This document shows, one piece after another, positions 1 through 10,435 of a stretch of DNA of 41,862 nt. A program made the position numbers and the translations under genes. Position 1 is the stretch's first letter. Every line of letters starts with the position of its first letter. Under the pieces are notes generated by a model, which saw only the letters and a list, made by a program, of their open reading frames with translations, was not told the origin of the DNA and searched no databases. This DNA is from a virus. Taxonomy: Duplodnaviria; Caudoviricetes. The DNA lies in IMG/VR virus record IMGVR_UViG_3300037047_000329, positions 1-41,862 of that record; one strand, 5' to 3'.

Positions 1-579
1 ATGAGTATATCGAAAAAATTAGAAGCTCGCAGCGGAGGTAAATGTGAATTGTGCGGTTCAACAGAGGATTTAAGCGCTTACGAAGTGCAGCCAGCAAAAA
101 ACGGAAATGAGGATGACAGTGTGGTTGTTTGCGGAACTTGCAGCAATCAAATTGAAAATGAGGATGCGGTTGAAGCGAATCATTGGCGTTGTTTGAACGA
201 CAGTATGTGGAGTGAAGTGCCTGCAGTACAAGTTATGGCTTGGAGAATGTTAACACGTTTAAAAGCTGAAGGTTGGCCGCAAGATTTGTTGGATATGCTG
301 TATTTAGATGAAGAAACTTTGGCTTGGGCGAAAGCTTTGGGAGTTATTGAAGAAAATACAACAGAAATTGTGCACAGAGATGTGAATGGGGTTATTTTGC
401 AGGCAGGAGATACAGTTGTGCTGATAAAAGATTTAAAAGTAAAAGGCTCAAGTTTGGTCGCGAAACAGGGAACTGCCGTGAGAAGAATTACATTAGATCG
501 TGAAAATGCCGAATTTATTGAAGGCAAAGTTGGTCCTACCCAAATTGTGATTATTACGAAATACGTTAAGAAAATGTAG
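1..579 (+). CDS. phnA: PhnA-like zinc-ribbon protein (host)
   Basis: N-terminal CELC...CGTC zinc ligands; C-terminal DVNGVILQAGDTVVLIKDLKVKGSS...KQGT motif typical of PhnA/YjdM family. Confidence 0.85.
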   Translation: MSISKKLEARSGGKCELCGSTEDLSAYEVQPAKNGNEDDSVVVCGTCSNQIENEDAVEANHWRCLNDSMWSEVPAVQVMAWRMLTRLKAEGWPQDLLDMLYLDEETLAWAKALGVIEENTTEIVHRDVNGVILQAGDTVVLIKDLKVKGSSLVAKQGTAVRRITLDRENAEFIEGKVGPTQIVIITKYVKKM

Positions 580-634
580 GAAGTTGGAAGTTGGAAGTCG
601 GAAGTCGGGAGACCGAAGTCCGAAGTCCGAAGAC
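579..634. repeat. Degenerate 7-bp tandem repeat, 8 units
   Basis: ggaagtt ggaagtt ggaagtc ggaagtc gggagac cgaagtc cgaagtc cgaagac. Confidence 0.85.
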
Positions 635-657
635 GGAAAAAATAAACAATTAAATAT

Positions 658-702
658 AAAAAAGAATCCCAAATTTGTTTCGCAAATTTGGGATTCTTTT
701 TT
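658..702. terminator. Bidirectional intrinsic terminator between convergent host genes
   Basis: Perfect 20-bp inverted repeat aaaaaagaatcccaaatttg / caaatttgggattctttttt with 5-nt loop. Confidence 0.9.
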
Positions 703-2087
703 TAAGACATTTCCGTAAAATACTTGTAAAATAACGGAATGGTTTCAATGCCTTTCAGGTAATTAAAAATACCAAAATGTTCGTTTGGCGAATGGATGGC
801 ATCGCTGTCCAACCCAAATCCCATTAACATTGTTTTGCTTTTAAGTTCTTTTTCAAAAAGTGCGACAATAGGAATGCTTCCGCCAGATCGTTGCGGAATT
901 GGAGCGACTCCAAAAGATTCCTGATAGGCTTTACTTGCGGCTCTATATCCAATGGTGTCAATTGGTGTTACATAACCTTGTCCGCCATGATGCGGTTTTA
1001 CGATCACTTTCACCGATTTTGGTGCAATATTTTCGAAGTGTTTTTTAAACAATTCGGTAATTTCTTGCCAATCTTGGTTTGGTACCAATCGCATAGAAAT
1101 TTTGGCGTGTGCTTTGCTGGCAATCACTGTTTTTGCGCCTTCACCAATATAGCCGCCCCAAATTCCGTTCACATCCAATGTTGGGCGGATGGAATTGCGT
1201 TCGTTGGTGGTATAACCATTTTCGCCGTACACTTCTTCAATGTCCAATGCTTTTTTATAATTGTCCAATGAAAACGGCGCTTTTGCCATTTCTGCTCTTT
1301 CTTCTTTTGACAAATCCGCAACTTTATCGTAAAAACCAGGAATGGTAACGCGGTTGTTTTCATCGTGTAAAGAAGCAATCATTTTGGCTAAAATATTGAT
1401 AGGATTGGCGACTGCGCCACCGTACAAACCAGAATGTAAATCCCTGTTTGGACCGGTAACTTCAACTTCAACATAGCTCAAGCCTCGCAAACCGGTGGTT
1501 ATTGAGGGTTGTGAGTTTGAAATCATTCCGGTATCGGAAATCAAAATAATGTCGTTGGCCAATTTTTCCTGGTTGCGTTCCACGAACCAAGCCAGACTAA
1601 CGGAACCAATTTCTTCTTCGCCTTCAATCATAAATTTTACATTGCAAGGAAGTTGGTTGGTTGAAACCATATATTCCAACGCTTTCACATGCATATAAAC
1701 TTGGCCTTTATCGTCGCAGGCACCGCGGGCAAAAATAGCGCCATCGGGATGGATTTTAGTTTTTTTGATTACCGGTTCAAATGGCGGAGAATCCCAAAGA
1801 TCAATGGGGTCGGCTGGCTGCACATCATAATGTCCGTACACAAGGATGGTCGGCAATTTTTTGTCGATTATTTTTTCCCCGTAAACAATTGGGTTTCCCG
1901 GAGTTTCGCATATTTCAACTTTGTCGCAACCCGCTTTTTCCAGTGCAGATTTTATAGCGTCGGCAGTTTTTAAAATATCTTTGCTGAAAGCAGAATCGGC
2001 GCTCACAGAAGGTATTTTTAGCAGTTCAATTAATTCAGCGATAAAGCGGTCTTTATGCTGATTTACGTATGATTTTATATTTTCCAT
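702..2087 (-). CDS. M20/M25/M40 family metallo-dipeptidase (host)
   Basis: YGHYDVQP, ARGACDDKGQ, IEGEEEIGS, DLHSG and HSPNE metal-binding motifs. Confidence 0.93.
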   Translation of the reverse strand: MENIKSYVNQHKDRFIAELIELLKIPSVSADSAFSKDILKTADAIKSALEKAGCDKVEICETPGNPIVYGEKIIDKKLPTILVYGHYDVQPADPIDLWDSPPFEPVIKKTKIHPDGAIFARGACDDKGQVYMHVKALEYMVSTNQLPCNVKFMIEGEEEIGSVSLAWFVERNQEKLANDIILISDTGMISNSQPSITTGLRGLSYVEVEVTGPNRDLHSGLYGGAVANPINILAKMIASLHDENNRVTIPGFYDKVADLSKEERAEMAKAPFSLDNYKKALDIEEVYGENGYTTNERNSIRPTLDVNGIWGGYIGEGAKTVIASKAHAKISMRLVPNQDWQEITELFKKHFENIAPKSVKVIVKPHHGGQGYVTPIDTIGYRAASKAYQESFGVAPIPQRSGGSIPIVALFEKELKSKTMLMGFGLDSDAIHSPNEHFGIFNYLKGIETIPLFYKYFTEMS

Positions 2088-2161
2088 ATTACTATATTTA
2101 TAAGTCCAAATTTACGAAATTTTTATTTGATTGAAATTATAGAAAAAAGAGTACGATGTAC

Positions 2162-2191
2162 TTTGCAATTTGCAAGGATTGTGTATATTTG
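2162..2191 (+). promoter_or_regulatory. Bacteroidota housekeeping promoter of tRNA-Leu
   Basis: TTTG at 2162-2165 (-33) and TATATTTG at 2184-2191 (-7 consensus TAnnTTTG). Confidence 0.7.
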
Positions 2192-2204
2192 CACCCACAA
2201 TAAT

Positions 2205-2286
2205 GCGGGCGTGGTGAAATTGGTAGACACGCCAGACTTAGGATCTGGTGCCGCGAGGTTTGAGAGTTCGAGTCTCTCCGCCCGCA
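2205..2286 (+). tRNA. tRNA-Leu(TAG); prophage attachment site
   Basis: Acceptor stem GCGGGCG/CGCCCGC, D loop TGGTAGAC, anticodon arm CCAGA-CTTAGGA-TCTGG, long variable arm, GTTCGAGT T loop, discriminator A. Confidence 0.96.
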
Positions 2287-2292
2287 CTTAAT

Positions 2293-2330
2293 GAGAGCCT
2301 ATAAACACTGAGTTTGTAGGCTTTCTTCTT
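2293..2330 (+). terminator. Hairpin after tRNA (terminator or att arm)
   Basis: gagagcctataaac-actga-gtttgtaggctttc followed by pyrimidine tract. Confidence 0.55.
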
Positions 2331-2403
2331 AAAAAGTGGGTCAAATTTGGTTCAAATAGATTATTAATATTTACAACTGATAACATTCAGATGTAAAAAA
2401 AAA

Positions 2404-3576
2404 ATGTCTAAACTTCAAAAAAACAACAAAAGCATCGTATTTGTAGATTATGTACCTGCTGAACTGCACGAGAATAAGGCTTGGCGCATAGTTTACTATG
2501 TAAAAAATCCGATTACAGAAAAATTAGAAAGAAAACATCCAAGGGTAAAACCGCTAAAAAGCATTACCGAGCGCCGCAAACTTGCCAAACGAATGATTTT
2601 AGAAATAAATAAACGTTTGGAAAGTGGCTGGAATCCTTTCTTCAGTAATAAGGGCAGCAAAGAACTTGCAAAATTTACCGATTGCCTTAAAATTTTCATT
2701 AAACGCATAAAAATTGAGTATAATGAAAACAATGTGAGGTATGACACGTGGAAAACCTACAATTCGCAAATCACCATTTTAACAAATTATTTGATTGAAA
2801 CAAAACAGCAAGATATGCTTGCTTATAAATTTGATGTTGATTTTGTTGGCGCATATTTGGATTGGATCAGGTACGAAAAAAAGAGATCGGCACGCACTCG
2901 CGATAATTATTTGGGTTTTTTGGGAACTTTAAGCACTTTTTTACTTCAAAAAAAATACATTACTGCAAACCCTACCGATGATTTTTCTAAAACCAATAAA
3001 AAAGTTAAAAAACGTGTGCTGGTGCCGGCGGAGTTAAGAGATGTTATTTTTGATTATTGGAAAGACAAAAATCAAAGCTATTTAACGCTTTGTATGATGT
3101 GCTACTATTGTTTGTTGCGAAGAACCGAGTTAACAAAACTCAGGGTTTTAAATATTTCATTGATTAATTCAACCATTTGGATTGATGGTGCCGATTCTAA
3201 AAATAGAAAAAGCAATGCCATTACCATTCCAAATGAGTTGATTCCTTTTTTAACGGAACATTTAAAAAATGCCAAAGCAACCGATTATTTATTTTCTAAC
3301 AATAATTTTGCTGCAGGAAGCGCAAAAATTCACCCGGACAGAATTACAAAAAGCTGGGCAAAGATGCGCACCGAGTTGGAAATAAATAAAAACGTGGATT
3401 GGTACAGTTTAAAAGACAGCGGAATTACCGATTTGTTGCGCGCCGGCGTTCCGTTAATTTCTGTTAGAGATCAGGCAAGGCATCACAGTTCAGCACAAAC
3501 TGACACCTATACGCCAATGGATTTAAAAATAGCAGATAAGCAAATTAAGGATTCATCCGTAAAATTTAATGATTAA
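2404..3576 (+). CDS. int: Tyrosine recombinase (phage integrase)
   Basis: LRRTEL (R), SKNRK (K), YSLKDSG, ARHHS (H), TDTY (Y); adjacent to tRNA. Confidence 0.92.
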   Translation: MSKLQKNNKSIVFVDYVPAELHENKAWRIVYYVKNPITEKLERKHPRVKPLKSITERRKLAKRMILEINKRLESGWNPFFSNKGSKELAKFTDCLKIFIKRIKIEYNENNVRYDTWKTYNSQITILTNYLIETKQQDMLAYKFDVDFVGAYLDWIRYEKKRSARTRDNYLGFLGTLSTFLLQKKYITANPTDDFSKTNKKVKKRVLVPAELRDVIFDYWKDKNQSYLTLCMMCYYCLLRRTELTKLRVLNISLINSTIWIDGADSKNRKSNAITIPNELIPFLTEHLKNAKATDYLFSNNNFAAGSAKIHPDRITKSWAKMRTELEINKNVDWYSLKDSGITDLLRAGVPLISVRDQARHHSSAQTDTYTPMDLKIADKQIKDSSVKFND

Positions 3577-5354
3577 AACGTTTCGGTCTCCAAATCTATT
3601 TTCCAATATTCATCATGCACCCTTTTTTTAAGCACGTTGGTGATTAAATGATTTTTATTGTGTTTAAAAACACCTTCTTTAATGTTTAAATCTTCGGTAA
3701 TGTGCATATAAAAGCTGGTTTTATAGCTTTCGGAGTTGGCGCGGAATTTTAACCAGCGTTTCCAGTTTTCATTGTAAATATGCTGAAGGTCTAATTTTCG
3801 GTTTAAAATATTGTCGGTGGCTAAATTGTCATCATTTACAGGTCCGTTATAAAGGCAAAACATCAAATCTTCTTCATCTTCAGGGTAAACGGCAGTAATT
3901 GTATCATTGTTTGATTTAACAGAAAGCGGCAACACTTTAATTTCCATTTGTTCAATTTCTTCATCAACAAATTCACTTTCGCTGTATGTTTGTCCGTTTT
4001 TATTTACCAAAACCTTGTCTCCGTTTGGATACGTTAATTTAAAAAGGTTGTTTTTGTTTAACAATCGTGTGGGTTCCGGACTTTGTAAATGCGAAATATC
4101 ATTAAAATTAAACTGGCCAAGCGCGGTTTCTAAATAATTGATGTAAACTGCATTGTTGGTATAATCGAATTTTAAATTTTTCCAAGATTTTAGGCGGTTT
4201 ATCAACTCCCTAAAAATAATGTTAGGCATAAAACTGGACAAAGAATAAGCGCTTGGGAACACGTTTAACTGACCTTCTTTATACTCGTAACTAAAGCTGT
4301 TAAAATTGGCAATGGACACGTTTTGCGCCGTAAGTTCAAGTTTTACAACAATGTCATTAAAAACCGTGGTGTTCACAATATTTATATCAACGGTTTTATC
4401 AATAATCACTTCATTATTTTGAGAAAAAGCCTCGTAAAGGGTTACGTTATTTTGAACAATGGTTAATTTAAAATACTTCGCCATTGCATCGGACAAATTT
4501 ATTTTAAATTTTATGGTAAACGAGCCTTCATTTGTTGGCGTGTGAATGTGCTGGTAAACGTTTATGGTTTGGCCATTAACGGTGGTTTGCGATGTTTGGG
4601 TGGTGAAACTGTAATTTTCGAACTGAGAAACCGCCAATTGCTCAAAAAAGTTTTTAGGGATGTGAATTATTTTTTGATTTAAAGTATCATTCACAAAGTC
4701 GCCTTTAAGTTCCAATCCTTCAGAAGCAAAGCCAACGCGCAATATTTCCATTAAATAAGGAAACGGACACATAATATTGCGATTTACGGACACATTCTGT
4801 CCGTCAATTACATCAATGGTATTTTCAGGGAAAGCCCAAGTGCCTGCGGTGTTTATGTAATTATTTACAAATTTTTCAAAATATTCATAGTTTGAATTCT
4901 GTTTTAATCCAGGTCTAAAAACCTTTACAAAATTATGCGTGGCTTCGGGCCAAGATTTTGTGATTTGACTTTTGGCAAAAGCCGGCAATCCGGAAAGGGC
5001 ATTGATTACCGGGAAAGGCAAATCGCTTAATTTTTTATCGAAAACTTTTAAAGTTTCTTTTCCGTAAAACAGCGTTAATTCGGCCTTATCGCCTTTTATT
5101 TCATTTATGGCAATGTAGGCATCATAAAAATTACGGTCCATAATTAAATAGCCGTAAATTTTTGATTTATAACTGCTCACATTGTCAATATTAACCAATC
5201 CCAATTTTTCGGCAAGTTCTTCGTGCAATTTCACATTAAAAGGAAATGAGACGTTTTTGGTTATTTTATCGGAAAAATAATCGTTGGGTTCATTAAACCC
5301 AATATTGTGATCCGTTAAATCATATTGCCAATCGGGCGCTTGAAAAATTATCAT
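3573..5354 (-). CDS. Putative tail tip/hub protein
   Basis: 593 aa, second gene after tape measure; N-terminal NVSFPF motif seen in siphovirus tail-tip proteins; mainly positional. Confidence 0.55.
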   Translation of the reverse strand: MIIFQAPDWQYDLTDHNIGFNEPNDYFSDKITKNVSFPFNVKLHEELAEKLGLVNIDNVSSYKSKIYGYLIMDRNFYDAYIAINEIKGDKAELTLFYGKETLKVFDKKLSDLPFPVINALSGLPAFAKSQITKSWPEATHNFVKVFRPGLKQNSNYEYFEKFVNNYINTAGTWAFPENTIDVIDGQNVSVNRNIMCPFPYLMEILRVGFASEGLELKGDFVNDTLNQKIIHIPKNFFEQLAVSQFENYSFTTQTSQTTVNGQTINVYQHIHTPTNEGSFTIKFKINLSDAMAKYFKLTIVQNNVTLYEAFSQNNEVIIDKTVDINIVNTTVFNDIVVKLELTAQNVSIANFNSFSYEYKEGQLNVFPSAYSLSSFMPNIIFRELINRLKSWKNLKFDYTNNAVYINYLETALGQFNFNDISHLQSPEPTRLLNKNNLFKLTYPNGDKVLVNKNGQTYSESEFVDEEIEQMEIKVLPLSVKSNNDTITAVYPEDEEDLMFCLYNGPVNDDNLATDNILNRKLDLQHIYNENWKRWLKFRANSESYKTSFYMHITEDLNIKEGVFKHNKNHLITNVLKKRVHDEYWKIDLETETF

Positions 5355-7273
5355 ACAATGGCTTTTTTAAATTTTAAGGCAAATGATTTTCCGGTGTCTC
5401 GGGTTTTATAAATCTGCATTGATTTTGTTTCCAATATTATTTCAACCGGGTTTGTACCTTCATATAAAAAGATGCGTTTTGCTTCTAAAATTTTTGAAAG
5501 CCAAATCACTTCATCCTGAGAATAGATGAATCCGGTGTTTAACGTATAATCTTTGCCAATGTCAATACTTACCGTTTTGGTATGTTTTTCGCCTTCAATT
5601 TGAATCTCGGTATCTGTTTTGTCAGCATTTTTATTTTCGATTAAAAAGCCTGTTGTTTCAAAAAATTCATATTCTTTCCATTCATTTTCAAAAGCCAATA
5701 AACGCGTTTCGGGAACTTCTTTTTTGATGACCACATTTACCACCAAACTGCCGTACGTAATGGTAATTGCATCGCCGGTTGCCAGCGTAAAATCTTTTAA
5801 ATTAACAATGGCGTTGTACACATATAAATTACTGGCAATTGAAGTGCCGATAATGGCAGAAACTGCTCCGGTGATCACAATTTGCGATGGTGGCGTATTG
5901 GCTAACAAACTAAGGCTTAATACCGCTTTTTTAGTAACGTAAATGGTTTGTGGTATGTTGCACAGTTTATTTAAAATAACGGGCGTTTTGCCTGTTAAGA
6001 AATACAAATTTGCGTATTGTGCCACTTGCGCCGTAGCTTCTGTAAATCGGTTTTTGTTAAAAACGGTTAAACCAATATTTATAGGTGCAATGTTATTTTG
6101 AACACGTGTTGCTAAATTGTTTGTAGGAATTACAGATTTTAATAAATTATTGGTTTCTTTTCCGATAACCACACTTGCAATTCCTTTAAAATAAGGTGCT
6201 TCAAACTGATAATTTAAGTTCCCGGTTGCGTGCGAAGCCGAAGCATCAACACTTAAAAAGGTGTTATTTTCAACATTGGTAACCTTTAATTTATTGTGAT
6301 CATCGGCAAAATACAGTGTTTCGCTTAGTAAGCCCGATGTTAAAAATTCAACAACACTTAAAAGCACAAACACTTTTTTGATGATGCCGTTTGATGTGAA
6401 GATAATTTCACCAACATAATTGTTTACGGGCAACAAAGCGCTATTTACGCTTACATTAATGGTTGAAATACCTGCATCGCCGGAAGCGGCACTTAAAACT
6501 ATCCAAGGTTGAGAAGCAACAGCGGTCCAAGCGTGTGAATTTTCTAAATTTAGCGCTTTTTGCGTGGTGTTTGCAATACCTAATTCCGATACATATTGAA
6601 TATTGCGTGGTTCAATATATAAATAAGTGCTTAAAGTGTCGCCTTCCGATATAATAAGAATTACTGTTAATGTTTTTACAAATAAATTATCAGTAACTGT
6701 AACAATAGCTTCATATTGGCCAACCGTTAAACCGGCAGGATTTACACCAAAATAGATTTGACCAGCGCCAACACCTACGGATGATGATAATGTTACCCAA
6801 CTTTGGCTTGCAGCAACATTCCAGTTGCTTTCTGATGTTACCTGAAGCGTTTCGTTTTGCGGAACCGTACCGCCAATAATATATTCAAATACTTTTGAAG
6901 TTGGTGTAATCGCTAATAAAAGCGTGTCTTTTACTTCTAAAGTTACAAATATGTTTGTGTTTAAATCAATGTCCATTCCAAAATATGGAAATTTGGCGTA
7001 ATTACCCCACATATCTAAACTTACAGAATAAAAACCGGCAGGCATTGTTTGAACATACAAGGGTTTTAATCTTACATAAAAAGTATAAGTTTCTAATTCG
7101 CTATTGTAATAACTGTTATACAACTCTAACCAAGCAGGTAAGTTTTTAGCCCTTACATTTGATAAATTACTAAGTGTATCAACATCCGAATTTATATTGA
7201 ACAGAACAGGAGGCGGAGCTGTAGCAAATTTTTTATAAATATAACCGTAAGATGATGGTGAAAATGTGGCCAT
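5351..7273 (-). CDS. Minor tail protein with two BACON-like Ig domains and distal-tail-like C-terminus
   Basis: Repeats SNWNVAASQSWVTLSSSVG.G and HAWTAVASQPWIVLSAASG.AG; directly after tape measure. Confidence 0.65.
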   Translation of the reverse strand: MATFSPSSYGYIYKKFATAPPPVLFNINSDVDTLSNLSNVRAKNLPAWLELYNSYYNSELETYTFYVRLKPLYVQTMPAGFYSVSLDMWGNYAKFPYFGMDIDLNTNIFVTLEVKDTLLLAITPTSKVFEYIIGGTVPQNETLQVTSESNWNVAASQSWVTLSSSVGVGAGQIYFGVNPAGLTVGQYEAIVTVTDNLFVKTLTVILIISEGDTLSTYLYIEPRNIQYVSELGIANTTQKALNLENSHAWTAVASQPWIVLSAASGDAGISTINVSVNSALLPVNNYVGEIIFTSNGIIKKVFVLLSVVEFLTSGLLSETLYFADDHNKLKVTNVENNTFLSVDASASHATGNLNYQFEAPYFKGIASVVIGKETNNLLKSVIPTNNLATRVQNNIAPINIGLTVFNKNRFTEATAQVAQYANLYFLTGKTPVILNKLCNIPQTIYVTKKAVLSLSLLANTPPSQIVITGAVSAIIGTSIASNLYVYNAIVNLKDFTLATGDAITITYGSLVVNVVIKKEVPETRLLAFENEWKEYEFFETTGFLIENKNADKTDTEIQIEGEKHTKTVSIDIGKDYTLNTGFIYSQDEVIWLSKILEAKRIFLYEGTNPVEIILETKSMQIYKTRDTGKSFALKFKKAIV

Positions 7274-7276
7274 TTT

Positions 7277-10000
7277 TTATTTTTTTGAAGCGTTAATTGT
7301 ATTGTCTAATTTTTTTTGAAATAATTGGCGGTCACGTTCATCATCTAAGGTATAGTTGAGTTTTAAACCACTTTCTAAATGCTGATTTAATTTATTTAAA
7401 ACAGAAACTGTCATCGCGTTTATTTCATTTGAAGCACCGTTATTTTGTACGGTATTTGAAGTGGCCTCGGCAGTTTTACCGGTGCGTTTGGCTTCTAAAT
7501 ATTCTATGATGTAAGGAACTTCTGGCATTTTCATTACAGGGCGCGGCACTACATATTCTCCAGGATGAAAACGCGCAAACTGACCACCAATACCATCAAC
7601 GCCACCACTTGAAGGACCATCACCTGTAAAACCACCTTTGTCAAATCCTTTTATGGCAGTTGCAGCAATGGTTGCCAAACTTATTCCGGTACGTATTTTT
7701 GAAGCTAAAACAGCAGTTGCTTTAATTGTAGCACCACCATCGGGCATAGCTGTCCAAGTTGGGTTCGCCATATAACCTGCTCTTTCTCTTTGGCCGGCAA
7801 GAATAACTTCAACAGCGGCTGCTATTTTTTCCATTGCAAATAAGGCTTTATATTCGGCAGAGCCTTCTTTAACAAATGATTTTAAAATATCCAATCCCAC
7901 AAACAACATATCGGATTTGGCTTGCTGTAATTCTTTTTCAGCGTTTAAAACTTCTTCTTTGTATTTTTTATCATCGGCAGCAATTTTTGCCTTATTCTTT
8001 TTATTGTCGTTCCAAAACTTATCATTCCATTTTCGCGAAACTTCGTCAAGTTCAGCTTGTTCAGCTTCTTTTAAACCAACTAATAAAGCAGTGTCGTTGG
8101 CGGCCTGCTCTTCTAATTTATTATATTTTGCTTCAATTTCAAGTTCTTCTTTTAACTGGGCGGCTTCATCTTTTTCAAGATCTTTAATTTGATTTTGAAT
8201 ATCCTGGTCGGCTTGCCATTGTGCTAAAAATTCGGCAACTTTCTTTTTAGAATCAATTATTTTTTGATCTTCGGGCGTAATTGCAGGATCATCGGTTTTT
8301 GCTGTTTTTGATTTTGTGCCTGATGTAGCAGAACCACCCGTAATTGCCGCCTTTTGTTTTTCTAAAAGCGCAATTTCATCTTGTATTTTTTTGTACTGCG
8401 CATTATTTGAAGTCCCATCCAACAAAGCAGATTTCGCGGCTATTTCAGCATTAATTTCGCTTAAAAGTTTTACCTGTTTAGATAAATCAACATTATCGGA
8501 AGCCGTTTTATTTCCGGTATTTAAAACATCTTGTGAAACATTTAACCTATCAAACAAACCCTTTTTTTCATCTAACAGTAAATTGCTTTTGGCATCTTCG
8601 TGATTTACGTTTTTTTGAATAATGGATAAATTGTTTAATTCGTGTGAAAGCTTTGCAACAGGATCCACCAAAACACCGCCTGAGATTCCTAATTTTGTAA
8701 TCACAGCACGCGCCTGTTCCTGAAGCGTTGCATTGTCTTTTAAAGTTATGTTGTGTTTTTCGGCCAATTTGATCATTCGTTGCCTAACTTCATCTTCCTT
8801 TTCAAATAGCTTGATTTTTTCTTTGGCAACTTTTGCATTTTGATCGGCAATATCGCTGTCTTTATCTTGAAGAATAATTTTATTTACCAATTCATCATTT
8901 ACCCGGCGTAAAGCAATGGTAAGTTCTTCATTGCTTACTTTTTCGGCATTTATATCTTTTAAAAGCGTTGGATATTTTTCTTTTAACTGATTAATTAACC
9001 TTAATCGCTCTTCATTTGAAGTATTTACATCTTTAATTTTTGATTCAACCAAAAATAGACTCATTCTTTCGGCATCGGTTGCTGCGCTCGCTTTCTCCAT
9101 AGGCGCAACAGTGTTTAAAATGGAAGTTCCTAGTTTTTGAAAGAAAGGAATAACGCCGCTGTTATTGATTAAATTACCTAATTTTAATTGGGTATTTTCT
9201 AAAGTAGCATTCCATTTTTGAGAAGATGAAGCGGCTTCATCCAAAATATTTCCGGCACGTGCAATTTCGGTTTTAGCAATATTTGCAACCGCTTGCACAA
9301 AATTTGGTGTTTTCTCTAATTCTTCATTCAATTTTGATGTAGAAATACCAAGGTTGTCAATTCGAAGCTTACTTTCTTTGCTTAAACCTTCAACCATACT
9401 TTGTTTTAAATAATCTACGCTTTGCCCTGTTTGGGTTGCGCGAACACTTAAAAACTCAAATAAAGTTGCTGATTCTTCCAATGAAATATTGAAGTTATCA
9501 AACTCAACCAACGAACGTTTTATTTCAAGATCACTTAAAAGGCCACGTGTTGCTTTTTTTACCTTTTCAAAAGCATCTTCACCTTTTTGTCCTAATCGTT
9601 CAAAAGCGAACTCAACACCTTTTGCCTGAACTGCCATTTCAACAGAATTACCGATAAATTCTTTTGCAAAATTAATGGCGCCTTTTATGGCATCAGTGAA
9701 TAAGATTGCGCCTGAGATGTTTGGGAATAAGGATGAAAAGCCTGCTTTGGCTTTTTCCATTGTTTTCACTCCCAGCCCGGTTTCTTCCCTAAATTTCTTT
9801 TGGGCTGCTGTTGCTTGGTGCAATTCGCCTTCTAAACGTGCAACTTCTTCATTGTATTTTCGCCATTCGGGTGTTCCTTCAACTGCTCGGTTGCTTTGTG
9901 CGCGAAATTGCGATAAACTTTTACGCAAATTTGCGAGTGTTGCATCAACTTCGTTTCCGTTGATGTAAATTTTAAGCCGTTGCGTTATTTCTTTTCCCAT
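7277..10000 (-). CDS. Tape measure protein
   Basis: 907 aa helical/coiled-coil, Ala/Lys/Glu-rich; C-terminal GFDKGGFTG...HPGEYVVP motif. Confidence 0.85.
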   Translation of the reverse strand: MGKEITQRLKIYINGNEVDATLANLRKSLSQFRAQSNRAVEGTPEWRKYNEEVARLEGELHQATAAQKKFREETGLGVKTMEKAKAGFSSLFPNISGAILFTDAIKGAINFAKEFIGNSVEMAVQAKGVEFAFERLGQKGEDAFEKVKKATRGLLSDLEIKRSLVEFDNFNISLEESATLFEFLSVRATQTGQSVDYLKQSMVEGLSKESKLRIDNLGISTSKLNEELEKTPNFVQAVANIAKTEIARAGNILDEAASSSQKWNATLENTQLKLGNLINNSGVIPFFQKLGTSILNTVAPMEKASAATDAERMSLFLVESKIKDVNTSNEERLRLINQLKEKYPTLLKDINAEKVSNEELTIALRRVNDELVNKIILQDKDSDIADQNAKVAKEKIKLFEKEDEVRQRMIKLAEKHNITLKDNATLQEQARAVITKLGISGGVLVDPVAKLSHELNNLSIIQKNVNHEDAKSNLLLDEKKGLFDRLNVSQDVLNTGNKTASDNVDLSKQVKLLSEINAEIAAKSALLDGTSNNAQYKKIQDEIALLEKQKAAITGGSATSGTKSKTAKTDDPAITPEDQKIIDSKKKVAEFLAQWQADQDIQNQIKDLEKDEAAQLKEELEIEAKYNKLEEQAANDTALLVGLKEAEQAELDEVSRKWNDKFWNDNKKNKAKIAADDKKYKEEVLNAEKELQQAKSDMLFVGLDILKSFVKEGSAEYKALFAMEKIAAAVEVILAGQRERAGYMANPTWTAMPDGGATIKATAVLASKIRTGISLATIAATAIKGFDKGGFTGDGPSSGGVDGIGGQFARFHPGEYVVPRPVMKMPEVPYIIEYLEAKRTGKTAEATSNTVQNNGASNEINAMTVSVLNKLNQHLESGLKLNYTLDDERDRQLFQKKLDNTINASKK

Positions 10001-10003
10001 TTA

Positions 10004-10420
10004 TTAAGATTCTATGCGTTGCCATTCAAATTTTATAACATCTTGAATTCTTTTAGTGACTTTTTCACCTCTGATTTCAGTAATTTCTTCCAATAACTTT
10101 TCAAGAGTGCTTTCAGAAACTTTAAACAAATTATCAAAATGCCTGTACGGCTTCATACTCATATGAATTCCGTTTTTTTTGACTCCTTCGAAACCATAAT
10201 TTTGAATAAAGGTTGCCGGAGATGCAGAAACAATAATTGAATCTAACATATCAAACTTCATATTGCCCGTGGCCGTTGCTAACGAAAGCATTAATCCGGT
10301 ACGTTTGGTGGTGGTGGTTGATAAGATATTCTTCCAATTTCTTTGAATGGTTCGTGCCGCTTTTTGACCGGCTTTTTTTTCGAGTTCAATTAAATTGCGA
10401 TCATTTTCTTCTATGGCCAT
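10004..10420 (-). CDS. Putative tail completion/neck protein
   Basis: 138 aa basic protein coupled to tape measure; RTG.L and F...G..G motifs recall HK97 gp10-like proteins; positional. Confidence 0.4.
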   Translation of the reverse strand: MAIEENDRNLIELEKKAGQKAARTIQRNWKNILSTTTTKRTGLMLSLATATGNMKFDMLDSIIVSASPATFIQNYGFEGVKKNGIHMSMKPYRHFDNLFKVSESTLEKLLEEITEIRGEKVTKRIQDVIKFEWQRIES

Positions 10421-10435
10421 TTGTTGAAGTTTTAA

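Noticed and set aside
2250-2290. attR duplicate of the tRNA 3' end
   Set aside because: No second copy seen in the window; prophage continues past 41862
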